A stretch of DNA of 22,380 nucleotides, taken from IMG/VR virus record IMGVR_UViG_2778261510_000012. One strand, written 5' to 3'. Source of the DNA: a virus. Lineage: Duplodnaviria > Heunggongvirae > Uroviricota > Caudoviricetes. The notes beneath the pieces are model-generated. The model searched no databases. It saw only the letters and a list, made by a program, of their open reading frames with translations, and was not told where the DNA came from. A program made the position numbers and the translations under genes. Below, piece after piece: positions 1 through 7,918 of the stretch; within the stretch, counting starts at the first letter, position 1; each line of letters begins with the position of its first letter.

Positions 1-468
1 ATGCCAGATCAAAAAGAAAGTGAGAACACCAAACTCACTTGTGAAGAACAAAAGGACAATGAACTGGTTTCTCGAGTAATCGAAAATCCAGAAGTCTTAA
101 ACAGGGTTTTGGAGAGCCCGCAGGTGCGAGCTATTGTTTGCCAGCATTTTCAGGGGCCGGTTCCTCCGCCATCAATGCTTAAAAAGTATGATCAACTGAT
201 GCCAGGGCTTGCAAATAGGCTTGTTGAGTTGACTGAAAAGGAGCAGGCTCATCGCCACAAAACGGTGGCTGATACCATTGATATTGCCAGAGATGGTCAA
301 ACAAAGGCTTTTTGGCTGGCGATATTGATTATCTTCGTTGCTGCTGTCTTTGGTGTCATGGGGGAGACTGTTCTTGCTGGAGCTCTCGTTTCAATAGATC
401 TTGTTGCATTGGTTACGGCATTTATTGTTGGAAAACATTATTCTAAGCAGGAACCTGATCAAGATTAG
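1..468 (+). CDS. DUF2335-like small membrane protein
   Basis: ORF from ATG at 1 to TAG at 466-468; PPP..L..Y...PG...RL.E..EQ.HRH motif followed by hydrophobic C-terminal helices, as I recall for DUF2335; the start may be cut by the window edge. Confidence 0.5.
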   Translation: MPDQKESENTKLTCEEQKDNELVSRVIENPEVLNRVLESPQVRAIVCQHFQGPVPPPSMLKKYDQLMPGLANRLVELTEKEQAHRHKTVADTIDIARDGQTKAFWLAILIIFVAAVFGVMGETVLAGALVSIDLVALVTAFIVGKHYSKQEPDQD

Positions 469-476
469 TCTCCAAA

Positions 477-499
477 CCCCGGCATCAGCCGGGGTTTTT
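477..499 (+). terminator. Rho-independent terminator after DUF2335 gene
   Basis: GC stem CCCCGGC / GCCGGGG with 4-nt loop followed by TTTTT. Confidence 0.55.
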
Positions 500-571
500 A
501 CATCAGTAAAGCAATATCAACATTTTTATCGGTTGTTAATTACTGGCAACGTTACAGCTGTATTTATTTCG

Positions 572-1690
572 TCAAACAACCAATTTAACCCATTCCTGAC
601 CACGAGTATCGTTATAACGATCGGTGGTTGCTTGGACTTTATGTCCCAGTAATGTTTTTGTATCGATACCCTGTGCGCGGTACAGTCGTTCTGACAGGGA
701 GCGTTGTTCATGAAATGTTGGTGGTGTTTTTCCTGCTGGTGGAGTTATTCCTGCCAGATCCCGCGCTTTAGCAAAGTAGTCGCTCAGGTTATCTTTACTC
801 ATTGGTTTTGGTTGTTTCTGGTGCCGACTATGAATCAGGTATGGACTCAATATTCTGTCCTTGCATCCATCAATCACTTCTTTTAGCGATATTCCAATGG
901 CATCACAGCGTAGCGTAAGCGGTAACGCCAGACGCATTCCGGTTTTTCCCTGGGTGATATGCAAGTGTTCGTTCCACACATCTGAAAAACGCATGTGGCA
1001 AATGTCATCACGGCGCTGACCAGTAACAATCGCAAGAAGCATTGCGTTACGGATAAAGTGTTTTTCTGGTGTTGAATTGTAAATTTTTTGCCAGTCCTCC
1101 AGGGTGAGTCTGGCTCTGGTTACTTTAGGGATCGGTTTACGGGTAGCCTCCGGAGGATTCCATCCAGGAGGAACTTCCCCTGCATGCTGTGCTTCTTTAT
1201 AAATATCAACCCATAATCCACGATTTACTCTCGCTGTGCTGACCATGTCTTTATCCAGCCACTCATCCAGTATTAATGCAAAGTCTCTTACTTCCAGTTC
1301 TTTCAATGGGTGGTTTCCCAGACGGGAAACCAGGTATGCAGCCATTCGGGCTTTTTCTTTGTGAGTTGTAGCTGCAATATCTCCATTTTTCAGTCGCGCG
1401 TCCTGTATTTTCAGATATCGATCAACCCATGCCTTTAATCTGATACCCCGACGTTTTGTTGCTGACGGACTTTCATCAATTTTGCGCATGAAATATTCAG
1501 CTTCTGCTGCAGCTATTCGCTGATTGGCTGTGGAAGCGATTTTTTCTGCTTTGCCTTTGTCTGTTCCGAGACCGTGAAATTTTCCAGTCACAGGGTTTTT
1601 ATACTGGTAGTAAACCCTGCCAGTTCTGCGATCAAACTTTTCGTAAAGACCGGTTACGTCAGTGCTGTTTTTTCGTGGCCTCGGTGACAT
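572..1690 (-). CDS. int: Tyrosine recombinase, lambda Int family (prophage integrase)
   Basis: 372 aa; N-terminal arm-binding-like region and C-terminal catalytic region align by eye with lambda Int (AMLLAIVTGQRRDDICHMRFSDV, HEQRSLSERLY, LLGHK...TDRYNDTRG); start overlaps xis stop as in lambdoid phages. Confidence 0.9.
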   Translation of the reverse strand: MSPRPRKNSTDVTGLYEKFDRRTGRVYYQYKNPVTGKFHGLGTDKGKAEKIASTANQRIAAAEAEYFMRKIDESPSATKRRGIRLKAWVDRYLKIQDARLKNGDIAATTHKEKARMAAYLVSRLGNHPLKELEVRDFALILDEWLDKDMVSTARVNRGLWVDIYKEAQHAGEVPPGWNPPEATRKPIPKVTRARLTLEDWQKIYNSTPEKHFIRNAMLLAIVTGQRRDDICHMRFSDVWNEHLHITQGKTGMRLALPLTLRCDAIGISLKEVIDGCKDRILSPYLIHSRHQKQPKPMSKDNLSDYFAKARDLAGITPPAGKTPPTFHEQRSLSERLYRAQGIDTKTLLGHKVQATTDRYNDTRGQEWVKLVV

Positions 1691-1928
1691 GAGTTAAAAT
1701 CTCCTTCAGTGCATCATCATCGCCAGTATGAATTTCCGGCGCAATTCCCGTTTCACCAGGTCCAACAAATACTGCCCGGCGATCTATCAGCCAACGCCCA
1801 CGAATTTTTTGTGGTCTTGGAACGATGTATCCTAGTTTTCCGTATTTCACCAGGGTAGTGTTTGTTATTGGGAGACTGAACCGTTTTGGCTTCCACTCAT
1901 CGAGCGTTATCAGGTACTGTTCGCTCAT
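1659..1928 (-). CDS. xis: Excisionase-like protein
   Basis: 89-aa ORF immediately upstream of and overlapping int; first ATG at 1928 preceded by GGAG; position and size typical of lambdoid Xis (the six-frame track extends to a GTG at 1937). Confidence 0.65.
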   Translation of the reverse strand: MSEQYLITLDEWKPKRFSLPITNTTLVKYGKLGYIVPRPQKIRGRWLIDRRAVFVGPGETGIAPEIHTGDDDALKEILTHVTEATKKQH

Positions 1929-1989
1929 GGCTATCACTCCGGAACGCGCCAGTTGCAGAATACCAACGACAACTGGCGACAGTTGAACA

Positions 1990-4461
1990 TTAAAAATCAG
2001 CCTGACTCGGGATCAGTTTTTGCCAGATAGCTGAAACGTATTTTGCCTGGTAACGAGCGTCATCAAGTGCATTATGGCGCTCACCTTCGAATGGGATAGC
2101 AGTTCTGGCATCGAAGTCTATGGCTTTCCCCAGCTCAACGATTGTGCGTACATCGCGATCGTTGCAGTAGCGCCACGGGCAGGGGATACCCTGTCGTTCG
2201 TATGAACGGCGTAAAATCACGTTGTCGAAGTTGGCCCCATTACCCCAGACCTGAACAAAAAATTCACCGGAGTTTTCGTCGATAAATTCCCGCAATTGCA
2301 GTAGTGCATCATCTAACGGGATTTCATCGGTCATAATGGCAGACTGCGCTTCACGTGATTGCTTCAGCCACCATTTAATGACGTCACGATCAATGACTCC
2401 GCCAGCAGTATCCAGATCGATGGTCTTGCTAAATTCCGGCCCCATCTCTCCGGTTTGTGGATCGAAAAATATTGCGCCTATTGAGATAATCGGGGCATCG
2501 GGATTTTTTCCCATTGTTTCAAGGTCGATCATCAGATGAATCCCCGCTCTGCTGGTGGATGTGAGCTTATAATGACCATTCACCTTAATTAAGGGATCTG
2601 TCGCCTCGCCAGTTTTATTATCGCTGGCGTGATGCTGATTGCCGCCAGGGTTCTCCTTGTGTGGATGTTCAGCGCCTTCCATTTCCTCCGGATCATTTTC
2701 CTGAACTTCAACCTGATTCTCTTCATCGAATGTTTCCTGGTATGTTGCGTCGCCCATCACCGCGCCACAATCAGGGCAGTTGCCGCCACCGCTCTGACCG
2801 CAGGCGGTGCAGACTTTTTCCGGTTCCTGTTGCGCTACTGGTTCGGATTGTTTCGTTTCTGGCTCGTTTTGTAACGCATTTGGGCTGTTTTGTTCCGCTT
2901 TCTGGTCGTTCTGTTCCGTTTCTTGCTGGTTCTGGTTCACAGAATCGCGGGTTTCAATCCCCTTCACCCATTTCGGATCATTCGGATCGCTAATCCCTGC
3001 AACAAATTCACCACGTGATACTGCAAGCAGTTCATCGGCGTCAGGCTGGCTGATATTGGCTGCCCGCATAATTTTGTTTACTTCGTCAGCGGTAACTTTT
3101 ACCGGCTCTGGTTGTGCGGTCGTGTCAGATGCACCAGTATTTTGTTGTGAACCTGAGTATGTACCGTTTTTGCGGGCGAAATATTCTTCTTTCGTGATTT
3201 CAGTAGCCCCGGCAGCCAGCGCCTTATCCAGACCAGAAAGTTTGTTTGCGCGACCGTATTTTTCGCCATTCTTGTCGGTGAAGAGGAAGTAGAACGGCCC
3301 CTCACGCTCTACAGATGGTTCGACTTCCACTTTGCATTCGGTTTTTTCGTTGTCCGGAATTGCCGTTTCCACTGCATCAGTTTCTGGTACTGGCGACGAG
3401 AGAGTATCAGTTGCGCTCTGATTTCTTCCTTCATCTTCAAACACGCCCTTTGTAGTCAGGTATTCAGTAATGTATTTGTTCAGTGCCACAGGGTCTTTGT
3501 GAATGTCGATCGGACGTTCACGGACAAGGCCAAAAATAGTCTGGCGGTCGTAGCGAAGGGCATCAGGCTGTTTGCGCATTGATGCCGAGATACGCTTCCA
3601 GTCTTCGCGGTCGTTGTCGATAACTTCTTTTTTTGCCCAGCGATGGATGCTGCCGTCAATGTTTCCGGCATCCACATCACTAGGCCAGAGAGCGTAGGCC
3701 AGTTCGTCATCCAGTGTTTTCCATGTCTGCTTGTATTCGCGATGAATGGCAGCAATGACCGGGCTGATTTTTCCTGTTGAATTTTCAGTGTACTGTTGAT
3801 TGGCTCTGGCGCGGGCGAGATCAACAACAGACGTGTATTTTCCGGTTTCCTTGCGTTCACCTTCGCGACGTTTTTTCCAGATGCACATCTCTGCCTGAAT
3901 TTCGGGCCATTTGGCACCAGGCTTACATTTATGCTTAACCCACCCGATGGCATGCAGCTTAAGCTCCGGATACATGGCGTTTACTTCTGGCATTTTCATC
4001 AACGCTTCAACGATATGGCCGTCGAATGTTGCCATGTCTTCCTGCAACAATTCCTGTGCGCTAATCACCATATCAACAGTGATGTTTTCACATGTGTCGA
4101 ACTTAACCATGACAGCGTTCTGTACTTCAGGGGCCAGCTTGTCAAAAGTGACGTTCATCGGATCTGATTCAGTCTCAACCGGGACAAAGGAAGCAGACTC
4201 CTCATCCCAGCGGTTTTCCTGCATATATTCAGCATCCCAGGAATCGAGGGCAGGGCGGGGTATACCGGGTTTATCCTCGCAGACAAGAAATTTATAAGCG
4301 CAGTCCTGAGCAGCCGGATAATGTTCCAGGAATTGCCAGTGAAATTTTGCGCGGGCGCGACGTTCATCACCGGCTTCAATGGCAGTAGCTACAGCGACTG
4401 CACCTTCTTCCTTTATTGCCTGTTCGTCCGGAATGGCGGCGCAAATAAAGACTTTACTCAT
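1990..4461 (-). CDS. Large prophage exonuclease-domain protein (YdfE-like); C-terminal DnaQ-like DEDDh 3'-5' exonuclease domain
   Basis: 823 aa; the C-terminal ~190 aa carry the three DEDDh motifs (MIDLETMG, WGNGANFDNVIL, HNALDDARY); internal CTACGQSGGGNCPDCG zinc-ribbon-like motif and an acidic/Gln-rich low-complexity stretch; occupies the exo position between xis and dicB/ydfD. Confidence 0.75.
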   Translation of the reverse strand: MSKVFICAAIPDEQAIKEEGAVAVATAIEAGDERRARAKFHWQFLEHYPAAQDCAYKFLVCEDKPGIPRPALDSWDAEYMQENRWDEESASFVPVETESDPMNVTFDKLAPEVQNAVMVKFDTCENITVDMVISAQELLQEDMATFDGHIVEALMKMPEVNAMYPELKLHAIGWVKHKCKPGAKWPEIQAEMCIWKKRREGERKETGKYTSVVDLARARANQQYTENSTGKISPVIAAIHREYKQTWKTLDDELAYALWPSDVDAGNIDGSIHRWAKKEVIDNDREDWKRISASMRKQPDALRYDRQTIFGLVRERPIDIHKDPVALNKYITEYLTTKGVFEDEGRNQSATDTLSSPVPETDAVETAIPDNEKTECKVEVEPSVEREGPFYFLFTDKNGEKYGRANKLSGLDKALAAGATEITKEEYFARKNGTYSGSQQNTGASDTTAQPEPVKVTADEVNKIMRAANISQPDADELLAVSRGEFVAGISDPNDPKWVKGIETRDSVNQNQQETEQNDQKAEQNSPNALQNEPETKQSEPVAQQEPEKVCTACGQSGGGNCPDCGAVMGDATYQETFDEENQVEVQENDPEEMEGAEHPHKENPGGNQHHASDNKTGEATDPLIKVNGHYKLTSTSRAGIHLMIDLETMGKNPDAPIISIGAIFFDPQTGEMGPEFSKTIDLDTAGGVIDRDVIKWWLKQSREAQSAIMTDEIPLDDALLQLREFIDENSGEFFVQVWGNGANFDNVILRRSYERQGIPCPWRYCNDRDVRTIVELGKAIDFDARTAIPFEGERHNALDDARYQAKYVSAIWQKLIPSQADF

Positions 4462-4553
4462 TTTGTTTTACCTCATTACAGATTTAATGGTGAACAAATC
4501 CCTGCCATTGCTGGCATATAAGAATGAAATCGGATGTTTATTACGGAACTGTT

Positions 4554-4745
4554 TTAAAGACCTGCCGGGATTTCGTTACTATCCTGGTGAATAACTTTAT
4601 CGACCGGGTAACAGTTACCGGGAATTTTCTGTTCGGTTGCTGCTGCCATACATTCCTGCATTGTTCTGTGAACACTGACTGCAATATCAACTGGCTCTCC
4701 GGAAACAAGAAAAACTGTCAGAACATGTGCAAATGCTGTATTCAT
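4554..4745 (-). CDS. ydfD: YdfD-like small lysis protein (63 aa)
   Basis: 63-aa ORF starting at an ATG that overlaps the dicB stop (ATGA); size and position match ydfD of the Qin dicB operon as I recall it. Confidence 0.6.
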   Translation of the reverse strand: MNTAFAHVLTVFLVSGEPVDIAVSVHRTMQECMAAATEQKIPGNCYPVDKVIHQDSNEIPAGL

Positions 4746-4930
4746 TGCCAGCATCCTTTTTGTATCGGACGTAAACGGGCCAGCATTGAAAGAATGCATA
4801 TTTTATTTAATAACTCCCGTTCGTGTTTTCTCTTGTTAATGGCATCTTCAGTAAATACAGGGTTACTGATAGTGACACCAATTTCAAAACAACCTTCAGA
4901 CGTATTAACGTTTGGTAATAACGTTTCCAT
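4742..4930 (-). CDS. dicB: Cell-division inhibitor DicB
   Basis: 62-aa translation METLLPNVNTSEGCFEIGVTISNPVFTEDAINKRKHERELLNKICILSMLARLRPIQKGCWQ is near-identical to my recollection of E. coli DicB; the track ORF 4742..5035 is an in-frame upstream extension. Confidence 0.85.
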   Translation of the reverse strand: METLLPNVNTSEGCFEIGVTISNPVFTEDAINKRKHERELLNKICILSMLARLRPIQKGCWQ

Positions 4931-5099
4931 TATCGCGTCCTCAACAATGAATTTTGTGATGCGGTGCCTGGTGCCTCCAGGTGACGTTAACCAGTTAACA
5001 ATTAACGTCGGATACAGAGAATCCACCCATAACACTGTTTTTGGTTTTAACTGTTCCGCGTGCGCTTAGCCGCATTCACCGCATCACAAAATTCACTTT

Positions 5100-5157
5100 A
5101 AAAAGGGCGGCAGAGCAGCCACGGAGTAAAACTGATACCGCCAAACGTCACCAGAAA
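5100..5157 (-). ncRNA. dicF: DicF small regulatory RNA
   Basis: Minus-strand sequence TTTCTGGTGACGTTTGGCGGTATCAGTTTTACTCCGTGGCTGCTCTGCCGCCCTTTTT matches the DicF sRNA as I recall it (about one mismatch), ends in a GC stem plus U-tract, and lies about 170 nt upstream of dicB. Confidence 0.75.
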
Positions 5158-5490
5158 ATTGATAACAGAGGGCGTTGTAGCGGGGTTGTCACTTAAGCGT
5201 ATGGTCAACCTGACAACCCGGTGTCCTCAACGGGGAAGGAATAACCCCGCCATACTTACCGTCGCGCCATTTCGCGGAGTGCCACAACCGGAAGCGCACG
5301 GTCGACGAAAATTTAACGACAGGCTATCTATGAACCAGCTACCTCGCCGTGCGCTTTCGCGTTATGGTCTGACTTTTCAGGGAAATATCCTTTCAGTAAA
5401 CTGTCAGTGCCGGATGCTCACCCGTGTCCGGCGCACGCACTCCACCTCACCCGTGGAGAACTCCTTAATTACCAACCCTCAGGAGGGTGA

Positions 5491-5724
5491 ATGTTAAAAT
5501 CAACTCTTATTGCTAAATGCCTTTATCAAAATCGCATGGTAAGCGGCATTTCAATAGGCGAGTCTGCAGTTAAAAGTATTTTCGAAGAGTACTTCACCGG
5601 GCATGATTTTAATAAATGGAATACCAAATTACCGCCAGCAGTTTCAACGCGTATTCTGAAAGCAACTGAAAGAGCAAGTACAATTCGCGTTAACTATTTC
5701 ATTAAAGATTTGTGGGATCTTTGA
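5491..5724 (+). CDS. Hypothetical 77-aa protein, plus-strand gene of an AT-rich cassette inside the dicB operon
   Basis: ATG at 5491 preceded by a strong SD (AGGAGGG, 4-nt spacer); AT-rich; its 3' end overlaps the 3' end of the convergent 135-aa gene by 23 bp; no recognisable motif. Confidence 0.45.
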   Translation: MLKSTLIAKCLYQNRMVSGISIGESAVKSIFEEYFTGHDFNKWNTKLPPAVSTRILKATERASTIRVNYFIKDLWDL

Positions 5725-6109
5725 TATCCACAGAGCCTAAAGTATGTGCATATGGATGTGCTATTGTGCGCCCTCGCAGATTTGCATCATTTTCTAAATT
5801 CACTGAACGAAACAGGGCATCAACAAGGCTCTGTACAATGCAAAGGCAATCGAAGACTGTCGCTGTTTCTGTTTTGATTGATGAAAGAACATGGCCATTC
5901 ACGCAAACAGAAATTACCCGTTCATTAACATCGCTTTCCTGCTTTTGATTATCAGAACCATATAGCCCAGAAAAAGCATTGCGCACATTACGAACCATAT
6001 TATCGATGGTTTCTTTTTTGGTGTATGCCGGGTCAATTTTCACCAGACTATCACCGAGAGTCGTTGCAGCAATTGTCTGGATTTCTTTTGGTAAATCTTT
6101 AAATTCCAT
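5702..6109 (-). CDS. Hypothetical 135-aa protein (operon-embedded cargo gene)
   Basis: ORF with RBS (ACGAGG) 22 bp downstream of the ydfC-like gene on the same strand; AT-rich relative to flanks; no recognisable motif. Confidence 0.6.
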   Translation of the reverse strand: MEFKDLPKEIQTIAATTLGDSLVKIDPAYTKKETIDNMVRNVRNAFSGLYGSDNQKQESDVNERVISVCVNGHVLSSIKTETATVFDCLCIVQSLVDALFRSVNLENDANLRGRTIAHPYAHTLGSVDIKDPTNL

Positions 6110-6131
6110 TATTAGCCTCGTTGGTTAGCTA

Positions 6132-6350
6132 TTAACGCGGGTATGTAATCATTCTGGCAATGCTCAATGCCGCTGCTTTTTCCAGATTGGTGATATCCTG
6201 CTCCAGAGCGGACAGATTTTCAGCTTGCTTAGCCCTGGCTTCATTGGCCCATTTCAGATCCTGCGCTGCCTTAATTTTCTGGCGCATCCACTCATAAAGT
6301 TCATCATCGGTATAGTCTGGCGCGATGATGACGGGTTCTCGTTTCTGCAT
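6132..6350 (-). CDS. YdfC-like small protein (72 aa)
   Basis: 72-aa ORF with RBS GAGGAA; third of three small ORFs (51/42/72 aa) whose sizes and order match ydfA-ydfB-ydfC of the Qin dicB operon as I recall them. Confidence 0.55.
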   Translation of the reverse strand: MQKREPVIIAPDYTDDELYEWMRQKIKAAQDLKWANEARAKQAENLSALEQDITNLEKAAALSIARMITYPR

Positions 6351-6379
6351 ACTGATTCCTCGCGGTGCTGTTTCGCTTA

Positions 6380-6508
6380 TCAGCCGTTAGATTTTGCCGA
6401 ACTGGAAAGCGCCTGTTTAAACTCACTGAAGCTGAGAGCTTCTGCGCCTTCGGCAAGGCCTTCGAAGTATTCTTCGTAAGCCTTTTTCATGATTGTGTCG
6501 AAATCCAT
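6380..6508 (-). CDS. YdfB-like small protein (42 aa)
   Basis: ORF MDFDTIMKKAYEEYFEGLAEGAEALSFSEFKQALSSSAKSNG, not in the supplied track (under 60 aa); ATG overlaps the upstream stop (TGATATG); RBS AGGTGAG. Confidence 0.45.
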   Translation of the reverse strand: MDFDTIMKKAYEEYFEGLAEGAEALSFSEFKQALSSSAKSNG

Positions 6509-6509
6509 A

Positions 6510-6665
6510 TCACTCACCTGAGTTTCTTTCCAGCCAGCGACGGGCACCATTTTCGGTTTTAAACGTTTTGCTTTTGGTATACGTCATCGCGGTGAATGTG
6601 CCGTCCTGGTTGGGAAACACGCCGTACACCAGAGATTCGTTGTTGCCAAGATTGATAGTATCCAT
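6510..6665 (-). CDS. YdfA-like small protein (51 aa), first gene of the leftward early operon
   Basis: Internal ATG at 6665 preceded by GGAAATGAGG gives MDTINLGNNESLVYGVFPNQDGTFTAMTYTKSKTFKTENGARRWLERNSGE (51 aa); the track ORF 6510..6746 is a longer in-frame extension. Confidence 0.5.
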   Translation of the reverse strand: MDTINLGNNESLVYGVFPNQDGTFTAMTYTKSKTFKTENGARRWLERNSGE

Positions 6666-6746
6666 GTTGACCTCATTTCCCCTTAACGCCGGGGTAGCGG
6701 AACAAAAACCTGCTGCATAGTTATTAAAGTTGAACCCTGCCGTCAT

Positions 6747-6957
6747 GTTCTTACGCCTCGGGCTGGCTACTTAACCCCTGACCACTGCTTGGTAACTCGA
6801 AGTATTGCCCTGCATTCTGTGGGGTGGGGTGAGGGAATGAATGAGGTTTAGAAAAATGAACCTTTCAGGTCAATGTTTTTTTATCAAAACATTTTAAGCA
6901 GGCAGCTGTTAAGCCATCACCACGATGGCATACAGTTAATCAAATAGATGAGGTTGG
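6747..6957 (-). promoter_or_regulatory. Leftward early promoter/operator region (pL/OL-like)
   Basis: Intergenic region between the repressor stop and the first leftward gene; contains GTTTTTTTATCAAAAC (6875-6890), sharing the GTTTTGAT half-site with the two OR sites; a GCCATC..GATGGC hairpin at 6913-6929. Confidence 0.4.
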
Positions 6958-7596
6958 TTAAATATCTTGTTGAATTTTAAAGCATACGCCCAATATGCAA
7001 GATAGATCATCCAGCATAATTGAAGGGTAGCGAGGATTTGTGGGGACTAAAAGAATATCCGGCCCTTCTATCTCCAGTTTACGAATGACAGGTGTTGTGG
7101 TCCCTTTGGGTAAGGCAAGGACAATATTTCCTGGTTGTACGGTTCGATCGGGATCAACAAAAACTGTTGAACCATTTGGGATGGAAACTCCCCCACCAGA
7201 TGTTGACATACTGTCACTCTCTAGAACAACTGCAAAGGTATTGGCCGGGATTTCTCCGACAAGCTGCACACAAGAGGTTATTGAGGAATTTTTCATATAA
7301 TCACTCCAGCTTGCTGCCTGCTGAAGTGATAGTAGCGGAACCGTTTTTATCGGCGGTAAAGATAGATCAAGCGAATCACCTGTATTTAACTCTCCTCCAT
7401 TAAGAAGCCAATTTTCGTTTACTTTCAATATCTTTGCCAGTGAACTTATGTAACGCGAGGACGGCGCTCCTCCACCGTTCATCCATTGACTTACGGAGCC
7501 TTTTGATGCGCCAGTGGCATTGACAAGGTCTTTGCCTTTCAGGTTTAGCGCATGCATACGTTGGGTTATGCGTTCAGATATTGTTTGCTTGCTCAT
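6958..7596 (-). CDS. Prophage repressor, CI-like (N-terminal HTH, C-terminal S24 LexA-like peptidase)
   Basis: 212 aa; N-terminal HTH-like segment (QTISERITQRMHALNLKGKDLVNATGASKGSVSQW); C-terminal S24-like Ser (ESDSMS) and Lys (VIRKL); divergent from the cro-like gene; no SD before the ATG, consistent with a leaderless pRM-type transcript. Confidence 0.85.
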   Translation of the reverse strand: MSKQTISERITQRMHALNLKGKDLVNATGASKGSVSQWMNGGGAPSSRYISSLAKILKVNENWLLNGGELNTGDSLDLSLPPIKTVPLLSLQQAASWSDYMKNSSITSCVQLVGEIPANTFAVVLESDSMSTSGGGVSIPNGSTVFVDPDRTVQPGNIVLALPKGTTTPVIRKLEIEGPDILLVPTNPRYPSIMLDDLSCILGVCFKIQQDI

Positions 7597-7687
7597 GTTT
7601 TGATTTTAAAACACAGATGGTTTTGTTTCTTGACTTTCTTTGGTTTTGATTATTAAACTTTTGGCGTTCAGTTTTATGGAGCGACTC
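7597..7687. promoter_or_regulatory. Rightward operator/promoter region (OR, pR-like, pRM-like)
   Basis: Two 16-bp pseudo-palindromes GTTTTGATTTTAAAAC (7597-7612) and GTTTTGATTATTAAAC (7643-7658); TTGACT at 7630-7635 followed 18 bp later by TAAACT as a candidate pR. Confidence 0.5.
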
Positions 7688-7918
7688 ATGAAAAAATCAG
7701 AAGTATTAGGCTATTTTGGCGGAGTTGTTAAAACAGCCGCAGCTCTAGGAACGTCAAAAACCACAGTCAGCATGTGGGGGGAAGAGGTTCCGTGGAAATG
7801 GGCGTTGCTAATTCAGGCAGTCACTGCCGGGGCGCTCAAATATGAGTTACACATACCGACGGTTGTCATTCCCGGTTCTGATCATAATCCGCCTTCTAAC
7901 CAAGGGGGGGATTCATGA
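7688..7918 (+). CDS. Cro-like HTH regulator (DicC/YdaS-like)
   Basis: 76 aa from the ATG at 7688 (GGAG RBS); LGYFGG...KTAAALG...SMW pattern resembles the DicC/YdaS Cro-type proteins; divergent from the repressor. Confidence 0.7.
   Translation: MKKSEVLGYFGGVVKTAAALGTSKTTVSMWGEEVPWKWALLIQAVTAGALKYELHIPTVVIPGSDHNPPSNQGGDS

Noticed and set aside
2336-4379. Several ORFs of 60-160 aa on the plus strand or in alternate minus frames inside the 823-aa exonuclease gene
   Set aside because: They are fully nested within a long gene that has coherent motifs and lack RBSs; read as frame noise.
5159-5497. 112-aa plus-strand ORF with a TTG start in the GC-rich spacer
   Set aside because: Arg-rich, low-complexity translation with no RBS, in a region dominated by stem-loops flanking DicF; more likely RNA structure than protein.
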